A DNA stretch of 64,000 nt, taken from contig CBDBCZ010000013.1 of the NCBI GenBank assembly GCA_965203295.1, positions 352,001 to 416,000 on the forward strand, written 5' to 3'. The notes under the pieces are model-generated. The model searched no databases and was not told the origin of the DNA. It saw only the letters and a program-made list of their open reading frames with translations. Position 1 is the first letter of the stretch. Every line of letters starts with the position of its first letter. This stretch comes from Nitrospirales bacterium. GTDB lineage: Bacteria; Nitrospirota; Nitrospiria; Nitrospirales; UBA8639. Made by a program: the position numbers and the translations under genes. This document shows, one piece after another, positions 37,326 to 49,594 of the stretch.

Positions 37326-38944
37326 GAAGAATTAGGTTGAGAAACTGTAGAGGCATAAACAGTGATGCCAGCAGGAGAACCAGTAGAAGGAACAGCAGCA
37401 GTTGAAAGAGATGGAGAAGCAAAGTGAAGCGCGGGGAGAGGACAGTGAATGAGAGGGGGACAAGGGAGCTGAGTACGACGGGGAAGATGAGGAGTGGAAG
37501 AAATAGAAACACGATTATAAAGAGGAGAAGGGGGAGTGGACGAAGGATGGGGAGGTGGCGGGTAAGGATGGGGGAGCGATAGGAAAGGATGGAGAGGTGG
37601 AGGAATTGGGCGAGGGAGATGAGGAAAAATTGGAGGAGAAGGTAACAGGGGTGGGTAAAGAGGAGAAGAAGCACGATTGAAGGAAGGTGCACGAAGTGGT
37701 AGGAGAGGATGGGAGTGAGAAGGAGGAGGGGGATTTCGAGTAGATGAAGGGGGGTATTGAGAGGGAGGAAGGGATTTTCGAGAGGGAGGGGGGGTTTTCC
37801 GAGAGGGAGGATGGATTTTCTGTGAGGGAGGAGGGGTTTTCTGAGAGGGAGGAGGGGGTTTTCGGGGAAGAGGGGGAAACTCCAAAAAAGAATTCGAAGC
37901 TGGAGAAGCCTTAGAAGTAGTGTGGACAAGGGATGAAGTAAGAGAAGAACTAAAATAAGAAAGGGGAAGGGGCTGAACAATGCGGGCAGGGGAGCTGAGC
38001 ACAGATGGGGGGAGGTGAGAAGGAACAAAAGTAGCATGGAGACTAGGAGAGATATCTACAGAAGATTGAGGGAGAGCAGCAACAACAGAAGAACGTGGGG
38101 AAGCAGCAGTAGAAGTAGGGGTGGAAGTGGGGACAGGTACAGAGTTGCGAGAGGAGGTAATGCTAGAATGAGAGGCAGCGTCACAAGAGCGAGACAAAGC
38201 TGTAGCAACAGAGGAATGCGAAGGAACAATACTAGAGGTAGATACAGAAACAATAGGTCTAGAAAGAACAATGGGAGAAGCCGAACCAGTAGCAAGAGAC
38301 ACAGGGAGTGGGGACGAAGGGGGAACAGCACAGGGAACAGCACAGGGAGAACATGTAGACTGAGTGGGGGAAAGGGCTAAGGAGGAAGGGGACGAATTGG
38401 GGGAAGGGCCAGTAGGGATCGCAGAAAGTGAAGTGAATTTAGAAGAAAGACGAGAAAGATCACTTTCAAGTGAAGCTAACTTATTAGTTATGGTAGATAG
38501 ACTTACAAGAGCAGACTTAATACAGAAAGAACAGACGAACGGGTAAGTAGAAGCAAGAGAAAAGGGGATTTTCACACACTTACAATGTGACCAGGAATGG
38601 CAAAGCTCGCACTCGAGCATAGGGCCCTCCTCCTTTGTACTAGAACAAACACACTTAACTGAAGTGGTTTGGGGCGGGCCAGGGTTGGTTTCGATGTCGC
38701 CGCCAAGTAAAAGGAAGAGGAGGAGTAGCACGGAGGAGTGACGATGGGAGGAGAAACGCCGAGGGCGCCGAGGGTAGAGATGGCGGTTGAGGGAGACGCG
38801 CACACGGAGACGGGGAAGGGGGAGTGAGGCCGAAGGGGAAGGCCAGGGAGGTTCAGGTAGAGGGGGCTCAGGACAAGAGAGCCGACCCAAGCGGTAGAGA
38901 GCACAGCAAACCGCTAGGAGGAGATAAACTTCTACCAGTCGCAT
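36788..38944 (-). CDS. LINE ORF1: signal-like leader, 2A motif, PHD finger, coiled coil, Pro/Ser-rich tail
   Basis: LLLGGDIETNPGP (aa 78-90); Cys4-His-Cys3 PHD CVC...CELCHSWSHCKC...CSFC. Confidence 0.8.
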   Translation of the reverse strand: MRLVEVYLLLAVCCALYRLGRLSCPEPPLPEPPWPSPSASLPLPRLRVRVSLNRHLYPRRPRRFSSHRHSSVLLLLFLLLGGDIETNPGPPQTTSVKCVCSSTKEEGPMLECELCHSWSHCKCVKIPFSLASTYPFVCSFCIKSALVSLSTITNKLASLESDLSRLSSKFTSLSAIPTGPSPNSSPSSLALSPTQSTCSPCAVPCAVPPSSPLPVSLATGSASPIVLSRPIVSVSTSSIVPSHSSVATALSRSCDAASHSSITSSRNSVPVPTSTPTSTAASPRSSVVAALPQSSVDISPSLHATFVPSHLPPSVLSSPARIVQPLPLSYFSSSLTSSLVHTTSKASPASNSFLEFPPLPRKPPPPSQKTPPPSQKIHPPSRKTPPPSRKSLPPSQYPPSSTRNPPPPSHSHPLLPLRAPSFNRASSPLYPPLLPSPPIFPHLPRPIPPPLHPFLSLPHPYPPPPHPSSTPPSPLYNRVSISSTPHLPRRTQLPCPPLIHCPLPALHFASPSLSTAAVPSTGSPAGITVYASTVSQPNSSFLYHRPPPPKPPPIACRLSCQPPPPAHHPHLPLAQPSHHCAPSLPQSPKQPLLPLPSHPLPLQHPALPLLPPLRPPCPRPPLLPTPSSQPLYPHALPPLLPLPCHPPPFQQRTLPQLLPPHPPPFQHRTLPQLLPPHPPCPRPPLLPTPSLSQAPNLRVLLLQLLHLLSPQSNLSLPI

Positions 38945-39219
38945 CTTCGCATCTACGTTATTCAGTTAGAGTACCTCAGCATTCTCTTACAAAAGCGCTA
39001 GAAGCTCGGATAAGCGCTCGCAGAGAGCACGGAAGTAACTACTCACAATTTCATGTCTAAAAAACCAGCCGGATGCCTTTCCCGTACAATACACACAACT
39101 CAGCTTAGGCCAAGCTATTAAACTAAAGCTGTAGTCTAGAGCCAGAGATACTATAATATTCCTAGAGCGGTACAGCGAAAGTGCTGACTCAGCAGTTTCG
39201 TCATGCGCCTCCAGTTATT

Positions 39220-39510
39220 AGCTATACGCCACCAAAACAGGATCTTTACGGCTACCTACCACGTTTTCGCCATCTAGGCAACACAAAACTACCTTCATTT
39301 GCTGTAGCTTGGCCTGCAAACCTCCAAAAGCTGCTATACACTGCAGTTGCATAGTAACGTATGACGTAATATATTGCGCACGTGATAAGTGCGGACGCAC
39401 AACAGTACAATTACAAACAGACAGCTACAGACAAACAAACAAACAGACGCGGAAAACGTAAAGTAATCTTAGTACCAGCCGTTCGCGCGCTGCGCGCGCT
39501 CCGGCTGGTA
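39220..39510 (+). mobile_element. Helentron/HINE-like non-autonomous element end
   Basis: (ACAG/ACAA)n microsatellite followed by a GC-rich terminal hairpin at 39473-39510 and an A-run. Confidence 0.4.
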
Positions 39511-39675
39511 AAAAAGAAAAAGCACCCATTGATTGTCTCTGCTTCTATATCCAGACGTAGCTATTAGCTATAGCTAATAGCCTACCAAAACTCGCAGTGA
39601 ACTCTAAGACTTACCTTCGGCATAGGACTCTGTACGGGAGACTTGGAAGCGCTCACTATTACCATATAATATCAT

Positions 39676-40110
39676 ATTATTGCATGAGTCACTGTGCATT
39701 ACAGGAAAATAATGCACGAGTGCGAAGCACGAGTGCATTATTTTCCGTAATGCACAGTGATGAGTGCAATAATGGATTTATTGTATTCTTCTACTGTGTC
39801 CAAACATTCCTGAAACTGAAGATACTTGCCTCTCTCGATTGTATTCTCGCTTTCCTCTAGCCACTCACTACTGGCGACTCCGCAAGAGCGCATAAAATAA
39901 GTTTCCCCGATTGTGGGCGGGGAAACTTATTTTATGCGCTCTTGCTGCATGCACTTCGAACGGTAACCAAGGTTTCTGCGCATGCGCATTAAATAAGCCA
40001 ATCAAATCGTTATTCGTGTACTATAGCAACGGAGTATACATTACCGGAAAATAATGCACAGTTCGCCTACGGAAATTTATACAGGACGCAGTAGAAGTAT
40101 ACAATAAATA
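39676..40110. mobile_element. Palindromic MITE cluster
   Basis: Hairpin 39676-39772 (GCGAAGC centre); inverted ends ATTTATTGTATTCTTCTACTG / CAGTAGAAGTATACAATAAAT enclosing a further hairpin at ~39882-39945. Confidence 0.65.
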
Positions 40111-40930
40111 TAGTTATTGCATGGCGCGTGGGCGGATGAAAGGCACCGCCTGTGCCAATATTTGGCATATTGGCACAGTTAACAGTGCCAATATCTGCTC
40201 ATCTTTTTAACCAATTTCCTGTTCCAAATGAAAACTTATAATTAGTAGTCAAAGCAGTACAAAACAGCAACCCAAATACAACCAAAAACTTGCACAAAGC
40301 TAAGCATGGAAATGCACATTAATCGTACAATTCTGGCCTGCTTGAAGGTTCATGCCAGATGGACCAGGAGCTGAGGATTCGGTGTCGGTTTTCCAAATCG
40401 ATTCGACTGCTTAAGTGGCTCCATAGATTCCGAGGTCTTTCGCTTCTTAGCTGCCTGCAAATTCTCCTTGCCGAACAATAAGTCCCACTCGGACATGCTA
40501 TCGGGCAAAAGCCTAAGCTCCTCGGCAACTTCCTTTTCCCAGTTGATATTGGCGAAAAGATTAGGGGCAATCGGTTGTCCTGCACCATAGTCGTCAGCCA
40601 GAAAGTCCTCAAAGTTGATGTCAAACTCCATCTTGCTACACTCACTAGCAGAGACTCACTAGCCAACTACAGAAGCCGTACCAGTACACAGCCAGATTTT
40701 CTCAGCCTGTGACAGGCATGTGCACGTACCTGTCGCGTGCTGGAGGCTACACCCCTGTGACGTACATTTTCGGCAGTTTCCTGTTACAGGTATGTGTGAG
40801 TTACAGTCCTGTTACAGGACTCCAGTTGTACATCCCTGTTCCAGCTGTGTAATACTATGAGCTAGTGTTTGTAGCTAGCTACGCTATATAGTGGTAGTGT
40901 ATTATAATCTGCAAAATAAATCAGTCAAAG

Positions 40931-43900
40931 TCAGTGTATGCAGTAAATATTTATACAATACAAGGTGTTACTATGATCATGTGAATAAACTATTGCTGGG
41001 CCTAGTTCAATGTTCTCTCGCTCCATTAGATGTGATGTTTTCCTAGTTTGGAAGGTGCATGTGTGTGAACACTTGTGCATTATAGAAGTAGAGGAGGTGA
41101 TGGCAGTTGAGGGAACAAAAACAAGAAAGTGTGTCACAAAGAGGAGAGGGCATTGTTTCTCGTTTAGAATTGGCTCTTTTCCATTTGTTGCTGGTTCAAA
41201 CATTTGGATAAGACAGTATTTATTTCCATTGGTCTCCATGCAAGCTTTCAGTTGACCATATTCAATCTGTGCATGGAAGAAAGGTGCTGATGAGGGTCAT
41301 GTACTGATAGCTACTTAGCAGATTATAATACTATGTGAGCATGCATGTGTACCATTGTGTAGCTAGCATGCACACACACGATTGGACCTCACCTCTCCTG
41401 AGTAGTCAAAATGAAACAAACTGATCGACATTAATCAGTTGCTTTCTGGAGTCCACCACACCTCCATAGAGTTTGACTTCAGCATCCTGTGAAATAGCAT
41501 CTGAGATAAGATAGCTATGCTGCGTGACAAGCTCATTAATTGTGGCTGTGACTCCAGTGAGTGTGGTAAGCCGGAGGTCTTTTAAATACTGTCCTGCTTG
41601 TCTATCCTAAAAATAAAACAAAGACATTTATATAATTACATAGCAATAATTAAAATAAATTTCTTGAGTATACCTTTCTAAGTGATCCCGGCAAGTAGAT
41701 TGTCCTATCTTCATTTAAAACTTTCATGGGAACTCCATAGAGGAATGTCTGCACTTCTTTACAGCCAGCAAGAGCAGTCAGGCCTGCTCCACACCTGTAT
41801 GTTTATAGTGTATTTGTATCATGTAAGGCAATACTAACTATAATTGATAGATATTATGCATGTTTAAGCAATTGTATACCTCGTCCCAGCAGAAGTACCT
41901 CCATGGCAAAGAAACCTCAGGTGTTCACAGACAGCAAACCTCATGGCAATATCTCGACTGGCAGCCTGTTTGTTGCCGAAGATATTTTGCTGTCTCATCT
42001 TGCCATTGAATGTTTCTCCCCTGAATGTACACATTTTATCAGGCTAGTGAATTGTAAGATGTTCTCATTAGTACATAAATGCAATAGCTATATACCTCTC
42101 TGTGTTGAATGCTGCTGTGGGCCCAAAATCCAGCATATTCTGTGGTAAATGTAACATCAGGTGGAATTTGGGTCTCTGAAGTAGCTCCTCCTTGTAGTCT
42201 TGGACTGCATCAACAAAACTGCGGCAGATCTTCTGTACGTCTTCAAAGTCTTCTTTGAAAAAGGGCTTGCAGTAAGCCACCTGAAACACCTAACATCAAG
42301 CACAATACAAACATAATATTCCTAATTATGCCAAATAATTATATGCATTACTATCCTGTTATGTAGTATGATATACCTGTGACAGAGTCAACCACACTTT
42401 CTTTTCGGCATCTGTCAAATAGTCCCACACAACAAACAAACAGACTTGAGCCCAACCCTTGAAGTCCTTTCCTGTGAACGATCGATGGTACCTGCATGTA
42501 GATATTATTATTATGTCATCACATTTGCAGCAATTATAACCATGACATTGTCTTGCTAACCGGACAATTCGTGCTGTAGGCTTGGGTTTAATAGCTGTGC
42601 TGTCAAGGGAAAATATTCGTGCCTGTACTTCCTGCTTCTCTTGTGTAGACAGACGATCAATCAGGTCAGCCACAAGGTATTTGTAAGGGCCCAACAGGAT
42701 CGTGTGGAGACACTCAACTGGGGTACTCCTGCATACACGTGCATGCCATGAATTATGAGAAGGAGCTTATACGCATCACAACAAATTTTACAATACCTAT
42801 AGAGGTCCACCTGAAGCTTGAAAAATGGGTTTTCTCCTCCCTTGAGGCCATACTGTTTGCTTTTCCTCTCCCTTGCTGCATGCTGCATTGGGTTGCAAGT
42901 TGATGGTCTGTATATTTGTATTGCCAGCTCTCTTGTTCTCTCTGTCCCAATATGGCCAGGATGAAGCTCCTTGTTGCTCTTGGGACATAAAGAGAAGCAG
43001 ATGAAATTGCAATGATGGTAATATATACATGCATGCACTTGAAACCTACTGTGCACATTCTGCAAAATAATTTCGCAGCAGCTCCCAGGTGGCTGGTAAG
43101 CTCTGAACTACGAGGGTTGTCACCAAGGACAGTGATGATTGGTGCCACAGCAAGAACATTCATCTGCAAATGGACATCATAAGCTACAATACCCTCCTTC
43201 TCAAGCTTGTGTAGGTCATCAACAAGTGGCCCAGCCATTTCAAAAGCAGTGACATGGTTGGAAGTGCAGATAAAATGGATGTTTTCTAATTTTGCATTCT
43301 CTTGCCATGGAAGTCCCGCAAGTATCATGCACCAGAGATCAAACTTATTCCATTTCTTGGAACTATTGCCACTTGTGTCATCACTGTATAAAGTGATTGG
43401 TGCCATGACCACAGGAAGGCCTTCAGAGACTGCTTTTTTCTTGAGTGGATGCACTGCTGCAACATACTCTCGTTCCTAAAATATAAATGAGCTTAAGTTT
43501 ATTAAGAGAAACGGTGCATGGGAAGACTATATATGTAGCTATAATATAGTTACTTGCTTATGTTTTGGAGGAAAATGAACACCATAATGGCATTTTTGAA
43601 GTCAGTTATACATTGTAATAACTATACATCAGCTGTTAAATATTACACCATAATGTACTAAGCAATTGCAGCAGATCAGTTGAACGTTTAATAAACTTAC
43701 GTGTTGCTGCAAATCCTGAGCTGGTTCACCTGGATGCCGCAAAACTTTCAAGTTGCTCACGTCAATGGATGAGATAACCCCACAGATCTCACTGATTCGA
43801 ATTGTGGCTAGGTCAAAGATCACAACTTGGTAGTGTGATGCAACTACATCGGGTGGAAACATAGCTCCGCTTGCAATGAGCTGAACGAGTGCCAACATTT

Positions 43901-45617
43901 CTCCAGAGGATTTCTTTGGGTAGAGTGTAATGATATTAATATGCATAAATAGCTACAAAGTGAAAAGCAGCTTCATACCTCCACCATAAACTTCACAAGT
44001 TTTCCACAGCATAGACCATATTCGTGGTTGACAAACTCCACAATTTCTCCCAGGAAGAGGTGTTCACCTTGATATGTTATCATTGGTGCCCAGAAACGAG
44101 GATCTCTATGCCATCTATCTGCTTCGTAGATCTGGCTGTATAGACAAGCAGTATGACATAAATTATTTTTATGATTATGTAATCTATACTGCAAGCAGGG
44201 ATTAGCTATAGGCTGCAGCTGCATGCATGGCATTAGAGCTGGTTCATATGAAAACATACCAAATGGGTCCATCTGGGTTATGTACTGGGTATCTGTGAAT
44301 CTTCCCTGCTACTTCAGGATCTGCCAAGCACTTTGCAAGTATTGTTGATGGGAGGTTTGCATAGAATGGGACTCCAGATGGACAGTAGAACTAGAATGAT
44401 TATGGGATAGAATTATCGTGTTTATAACTCCACATACAGAGATGGAACACCCTTTGTTACCTTTTCTGGCCGAGTAAAACCTGGCAGTTGGAAATTCTTT
44501 ACTTGGACAAGACTGGGTGCAGATGGATCCAAATTCTTGCATATGAAAGCCATGAATTGGAGTCGGGCTTCTCCCTATAACATGAATGGAGTAATTATTT
44601 TATCACTAAAGCTGGCCGCACGTTTAGCGGTAATAATTTTGATGAAAGTGCATGCATCTATTGATGGTATGTGCGCATATCACTAATACAAAATATGTAT
44701 AATTTTCTCTCTGCCATGTTCATTATACTTACAATGGGCCTCGGACTATTCGCCAACATGAACATCAATGCAAAGATCTTTGATGGGAATGGAAAGTAGT
44801 CTTTGATATTAGATTCATTCATGTGCCCCAATGTAAATAACTCCTCCAGTGCAGTACCTATTATATGACCACAAAAAAAAACAGTACATACATTTTATCA
44901 ATCATACTTGTTATAAGCATGCAAGGTTATACCTGGGTCATCATCTTCATCTGTGCTTTCCTCATCAGCAGAATTGGTGAGCGTATTACTAAGTTCGTCA
45001 GCTTCAGGTTGGCTCTGAATGGAACATAACAGTAAACAAGAAACATGTTTCACCCAGCGTTAATACTCATGTTGTTGCCGGAGCACTTACACCATTGACC
45101 ACACACCCACAGATGTAGGCAGAGCTTGTAAGGTCTCCAGTCAGAGGACAAGGGCAATTAAATTAAGTTTTTGAAATTCTCTTTTCATGCATGCACTATA
45201 CAATTATATTACCTTCTGTACATGACTATCTCATGCATGAACCATTATTCGAAATTTAATGCCAAAGCAACGGTAACGTATAATTTCTTTACCTCCCCAC
45301 GTACATGTACATACCTGCTTGTACATGTAACAGAATTAATACCACACGTAGCTGTATAGCTATAATAAGTATAATAGTTTTACCATATAGAAATCAATTG
45401 TCTCTTCTGGATTTTGAGCTGAATTCAGTTGAAGTGAAGTAGCTTGAAAGCTCATAGGGTCTTCACTGTTTGCTCGTGACTCGGAGTCAGAAGGATGCAA
45501 TAATTCCAAACGTCCAGCAAACATCTTGTGTCGTTCGCTCTGCATATGACGTTTTAGCTTTGAGGGATGTGGAAAGTATTTCCCACACGCATGACAACAA
45601 TAATTTCTTCTTTCCAT
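40931..45617 (-). CDS. Multi-exon transposase (C2H2 zinc finger + EnSpm-related DDE core)
   Basis: CHACGKYFPHPSKLKRHMQSERH; YFPFPSKIFAL; ADRWHRDPRF; LYSDDTSGNSSKKWNKF; GDNPRSSELTSH..AKLFCRMC; TPVECLHTILLGPYKY; SFTGKDFK; RPKFHLMLHL..DFGPTAAFNTER; many short GT-AG introns. Confidence 0.8.
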
Positions 45618-45769
45618 ATATGGCTCCTTCGCGTGATGGCTTCAGCTCCTGCATGCACGCACGTCTGCAGCTGCAGCGCAGGTAAAAAATTGTTGGCAAG
45701 GGCGTTGCTGGTTATCGCCGTATATTCAAGGTATGCAAGACATATGCGGAATGTACAGGAAATCAGGAA

Positions 45770-47647
45770 TATGAGCGCGCGCACCAGAAGCCAACCAGCT
45801 GCAGTGCAGAGCCGTTCAATCCAGAATATTGACAGAAGAGATGGAAAGAGTCAACTCTAAAGTAAAATAGTGTACCCTGTACTAATGTTCAATATTATGA
45901 CATTGTATGCTACATTACTCCAATTCATACTAGGCTCGAAAGCAGCAACTAGATCCAACAGTCTCAAAAGCCAAGGTAGCTGTGATGACCATAATTATAA
46001 TCATAAACATAAACAATCATCGACTATATTATATGCTGTTTCAGATGCGCACTCATCCATACTATGCAGTGAAGTCATCCGCTACAGTATGTCAAAACTG
46101 AAATTTACCATGGCATGTATATCTAATGTAGGTATAAATGCGCAAACTCACTTGCTTCACATTATAGCTTGGTACAAGGCCCAGGGGAGCCACAGGTGCC
46201 ACTAGTAGTGCATTCCTTGCAACACCTTTGCCAGCTGTTCAGGTATCTCATATTTACTGCATTTTCATTACAATCAGCAATTATCATGATCTGGTCCTTT
46301 AGGGTGCAAGTAATCGTGGCAGCAGTCATGTCCACAAAAGCAAAACTATAGTTGGTACCACTGGTGATGTAAGCTATATACATAGCATCACTATATAGAT
46401 AGATATTCAAACTTCGCTACTCTCTTGTATATACGGCAGGGTACTGCAGCAAGTACCAGTGGTACTACCTAAAAGGATGTACTTCAATCTGCTCCTATTG
46501 GCACAGTGAGTGCTGTAAACAACTTTTACATACATAATTATTACCTGATAATATAGAAGGATCCAGTACCGTTTTTATGCTGGATTCAATAGAGCAGGAC
46601 TCAGTCAACAGAACAACGACTTAGGGCCATCGAAAAAGGGGTGGCAAGGCTGGAAAAGCAGAATGGTGAAGTACTGCAGGCCATAAGCAAGTTACAAAAG
46701 ACATTGGGTGAGCTGTCAAAGACCACGTGGCAAGTTGCAACAAGCTCATATAAGGTAGGACGCAGTCTGCTCCAGTGTTTAGTAATAGTGATTGCCCTTT
46801 ATTGTACTTTGTTTATGCAGGAAAGTCTTCAGCAGCAACTAGCAAAGGCATTTTGCTCATCTTTGACAAGGGAACTAAGCAATGATGATCTGAAGGTCTG
46901 CCATTCTTAGTCTTATACACTTTTATAGGCCTGGTCCATCTGGCTGCCCGTGCATTATGTGCAGGTGATAATCACGCACACTCTTGGTACTGATGCCAAG
47001 AATGAAGATAAGTACGCAAAGGCTATCAGGTGGTGCAAAGAAGTATTTAGTACATTCAGAATTGAAGAACGATGTAAGGTAGGCACTACATATAAGAGCT
47101 CTTGTTATTTAGGCATTTGTCATTTTTATTTTGTTAATTTTAGGTGCTTGGGATTAGGCCATATAGCTCTCACAGGAGCTATACAACGCCTACTCTAGCA
47201 AAGGATCTTCTGAAAGCCATGAAAGCACCAATGGATCCTGCACTTGAAATCACGTACATGAAACATCTAGCCCTATTGGTAAGTTAATCATGCACCTTTT
47301 TTAATAGTTACTAACCAATGTCCATGTATATCTTTACGAGTGTATATTTTTCCATGCACACTCCCTGATGCTTGCATGCTTTCCAGAGAAAGTATGTGAG
47401 AGCATTTCCACAGGAAGCTGAGCAGAAGGGTGCCCTCTACAAGCACTTTAGGGAGTGGCTGTCTGCCACTTACGAAGTGTGCTTCAGCCAGCATGATTGG
47501 AAGGGGGTGCTGGACGAGGATGCCAGGGCTATGGAATCACATGACACCTCTCCATCTCCGTCTCCGTCTGCAAGAAGTGCCTTGAGTTCTCAACTCTCAT
47601 ATTGCCCAATAAATAGCCAGGAGGTAGGCAGTGGACCAGAGCAGTAA
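45770..47647 (+). CDS. Second transposon gene, multi-exon, unknown function (coiled coil)
   Basis: Exons bounded by AG/GT at about 46592-46754, 46821-46894, 46964-47078, 47144-47278 and 47387-47647 (LRAIEKGVARLEKQNGEVL; YAKAIRWCKEVF; YMKHLALL; RKYVRAF). The 5' start is uncertain. Confidence 0.6.
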
Positions 47648-47969
47648 CCGTAAACATATTAAATCCCAACATGTTGCTGTGTATTAATTGATACTGCCAG
47701 GCTTGCATGTATAGCAGTTACTCCTGTTTATTCTATAATGATCTTGGATGTAACCTGCATGTACACTTTGTATACACTTCTCTGCAATCATTTAAAATAT
47801 CCAATGGCATGCAAGGCAAATATGGTATAAGTTAACAGTCACAGTTGCATTTCATGGAGATGTCCTGGTCTCTTTGTTCCTTTACGTTATAAACTATATC
47901 TGCTACATCAGGGTTAATATGTAGCTATACATGTCCCAGCTGCAGCAGCTAGGGTTCACTGGTATGTCC

Positions 47970-48750
47970 CTGGCTTATTTAGCGCAGCATATTGGTATCT
48001 CCCTGGCTTTATTGGTGCATTGAGATTCAAGCGTTGGTGCAGCAGGGCTCGTATTGGTATCTCCCTGGCTCATTGGCGCAGCAGGGCTCATATTGGTGTC
48101 TCCCTGGCTCATTGGTGCAGCAGGGCTCATATTGGTGTGTCCCTGGCTCATTGGTGCAGCAGGGCTCATATTGGTGTCTCCCTGGCTCATTGGTGCAGCA
48201 GGGCTCATATTGGTGTCTCCCTGGCTCATTGGTGCAGCAGGGCTCATATTGGTGTGTCCCTGGCTCATTGGTGCAGCAGGGCTCATATTGGTGTCTCCCT
48301 GGCTCATTGGTGCAGCAGGGCTCATATTGGTGTGTCCCTGGCTCATTGGTGCAGCAGGGCTCATATTGGTGTCTCCCTGGCTCATTGGTGCAGCAGGGCT
48401 CATATTGGTGTCTCCCTGGCTCATTGGTGCAGCAGGGCTCATATTGGTGTCTCCCTGGCTCATTGGTGCAGCAGGGCTCATATTGGTGTCTCCCTGGCTT
48501 ATTGGTGCAGCAGGGCTCATATTGGTGTCTCCCTGGCTTATTGGTGCAGCAGGGCTATTATTGGTGTGTCCCTGGCTCATTGGTGCAGCAGGGCTATTAT
48601 TGGTGTGTCCCTGGCTCATTGGTGCAGCAGGGCTCATATTGCTGGCTTATTTTAGTTCCATTGGTGCAGCAGGGCTTATATATGTACTGATGTCTCCCTG
48701 GCTTATTGGTGTGGTGCAGCAGGGCTCATGCACTGGTACGTCCCTGGCAT
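47970..48750. repeat. 39-bp minisatellite (ATTGGTGCAGCAGGGCTCATATTGGTGTCTCCCTGGCTC)
   Basis: About 16 near-perfect copies plus degenerate edges; inside the CMC element. Confidence 0.96.
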
Positions 48751-49594
48751 ATTTAGACGGTAGATAATAATATCTACGTTGCAAACTGACTGGTTTATAA
48801 TGGATTCGGAAGTTTACAACATTGCGTTTGTAATTCTACATGTAGTTAAGATCAACATGATACAACAGAAGATTAATAATAACAAGGGGAGAGGATGCCA
48901 ACAGTTATTATTGAATGTGTGAGATGTTGTAAGGGAGGCATGTGAACCACTGGGAATACAACAAGCAGAAGGCCTAGGATAGAAATGGTACTAGTTATAT
49001 TTATGCATTATAGTGATCTCTATAAGGATGCTTTATAAGTTGCAGACGAAAGTGACGTTTCAAGGCCTGTCGAACATTTAGTCACAAACCCAATATAGCA
49101 ATCCTTGCTCCACTGCAAGCTATTCCAGGTTGCATGGGCTTCAGACCAATACTGGTCCTTTCTAGCAAGGAAGATGAGTGGGAGAAAGTGACAATGATAT
49201 CGATCTTGGAGCAAGCAAATAATAGGGCAGGATAGCCCGACCTTACTCTACACTTATGCCCTGTCACAGGAATGAAATCACAGGTCTGAGGCTGTACAGG
49301 CTGTCACATACCTGATTTTACAGACCGTATACAGCCGTACGTCCAGCACCCTGTCACATACCTGAATTCACAGACCGTATACAGCCAGTACGTCCAGCAC
49401 CCTGTCACATACCTGAATTCACAGACCGTATACAGCCAGTACGTGACAGCACCCTGTCACATACCTGTGCACATCCCTGTGTTGCGTCACATCCTGCACG
49501 TACCTGAGGAAATCTGGCTGTGATAGCAGACGCTATTGACGTCACTCGCATTGCTTAGCAACGCTGCCAACAGCCAATGAAAGCCATGCAACAA

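Larger units (their letters stand above)
33798..39047 (-). mobile_element. Full-length CR1/L2-clade LINE retrotransposon
   Basis: 7-bp TSD ATTTCAT (33791-33797, 39048-39054); A-rich 3' tail; ORF1 with a PHD finger; ORF2 with APE endonuclease and RT. Confidence 0.93.
40687..49522. mobile_element. Apparently autonomous CMC/EnSpm(CACTA)-like DNA transposon, 8836 bp
   Basis: TIR CACAGCCAGATTTTCTCAG / CTGAGGAAATCTGGCTGTG; flanks GTA / ATA (3-bp TSD with one mismatch); CCTGT-rich subterminal repeats (~51-bp units near 49305-49470); two divergent multi-exon genes. Confidence 0.85.
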
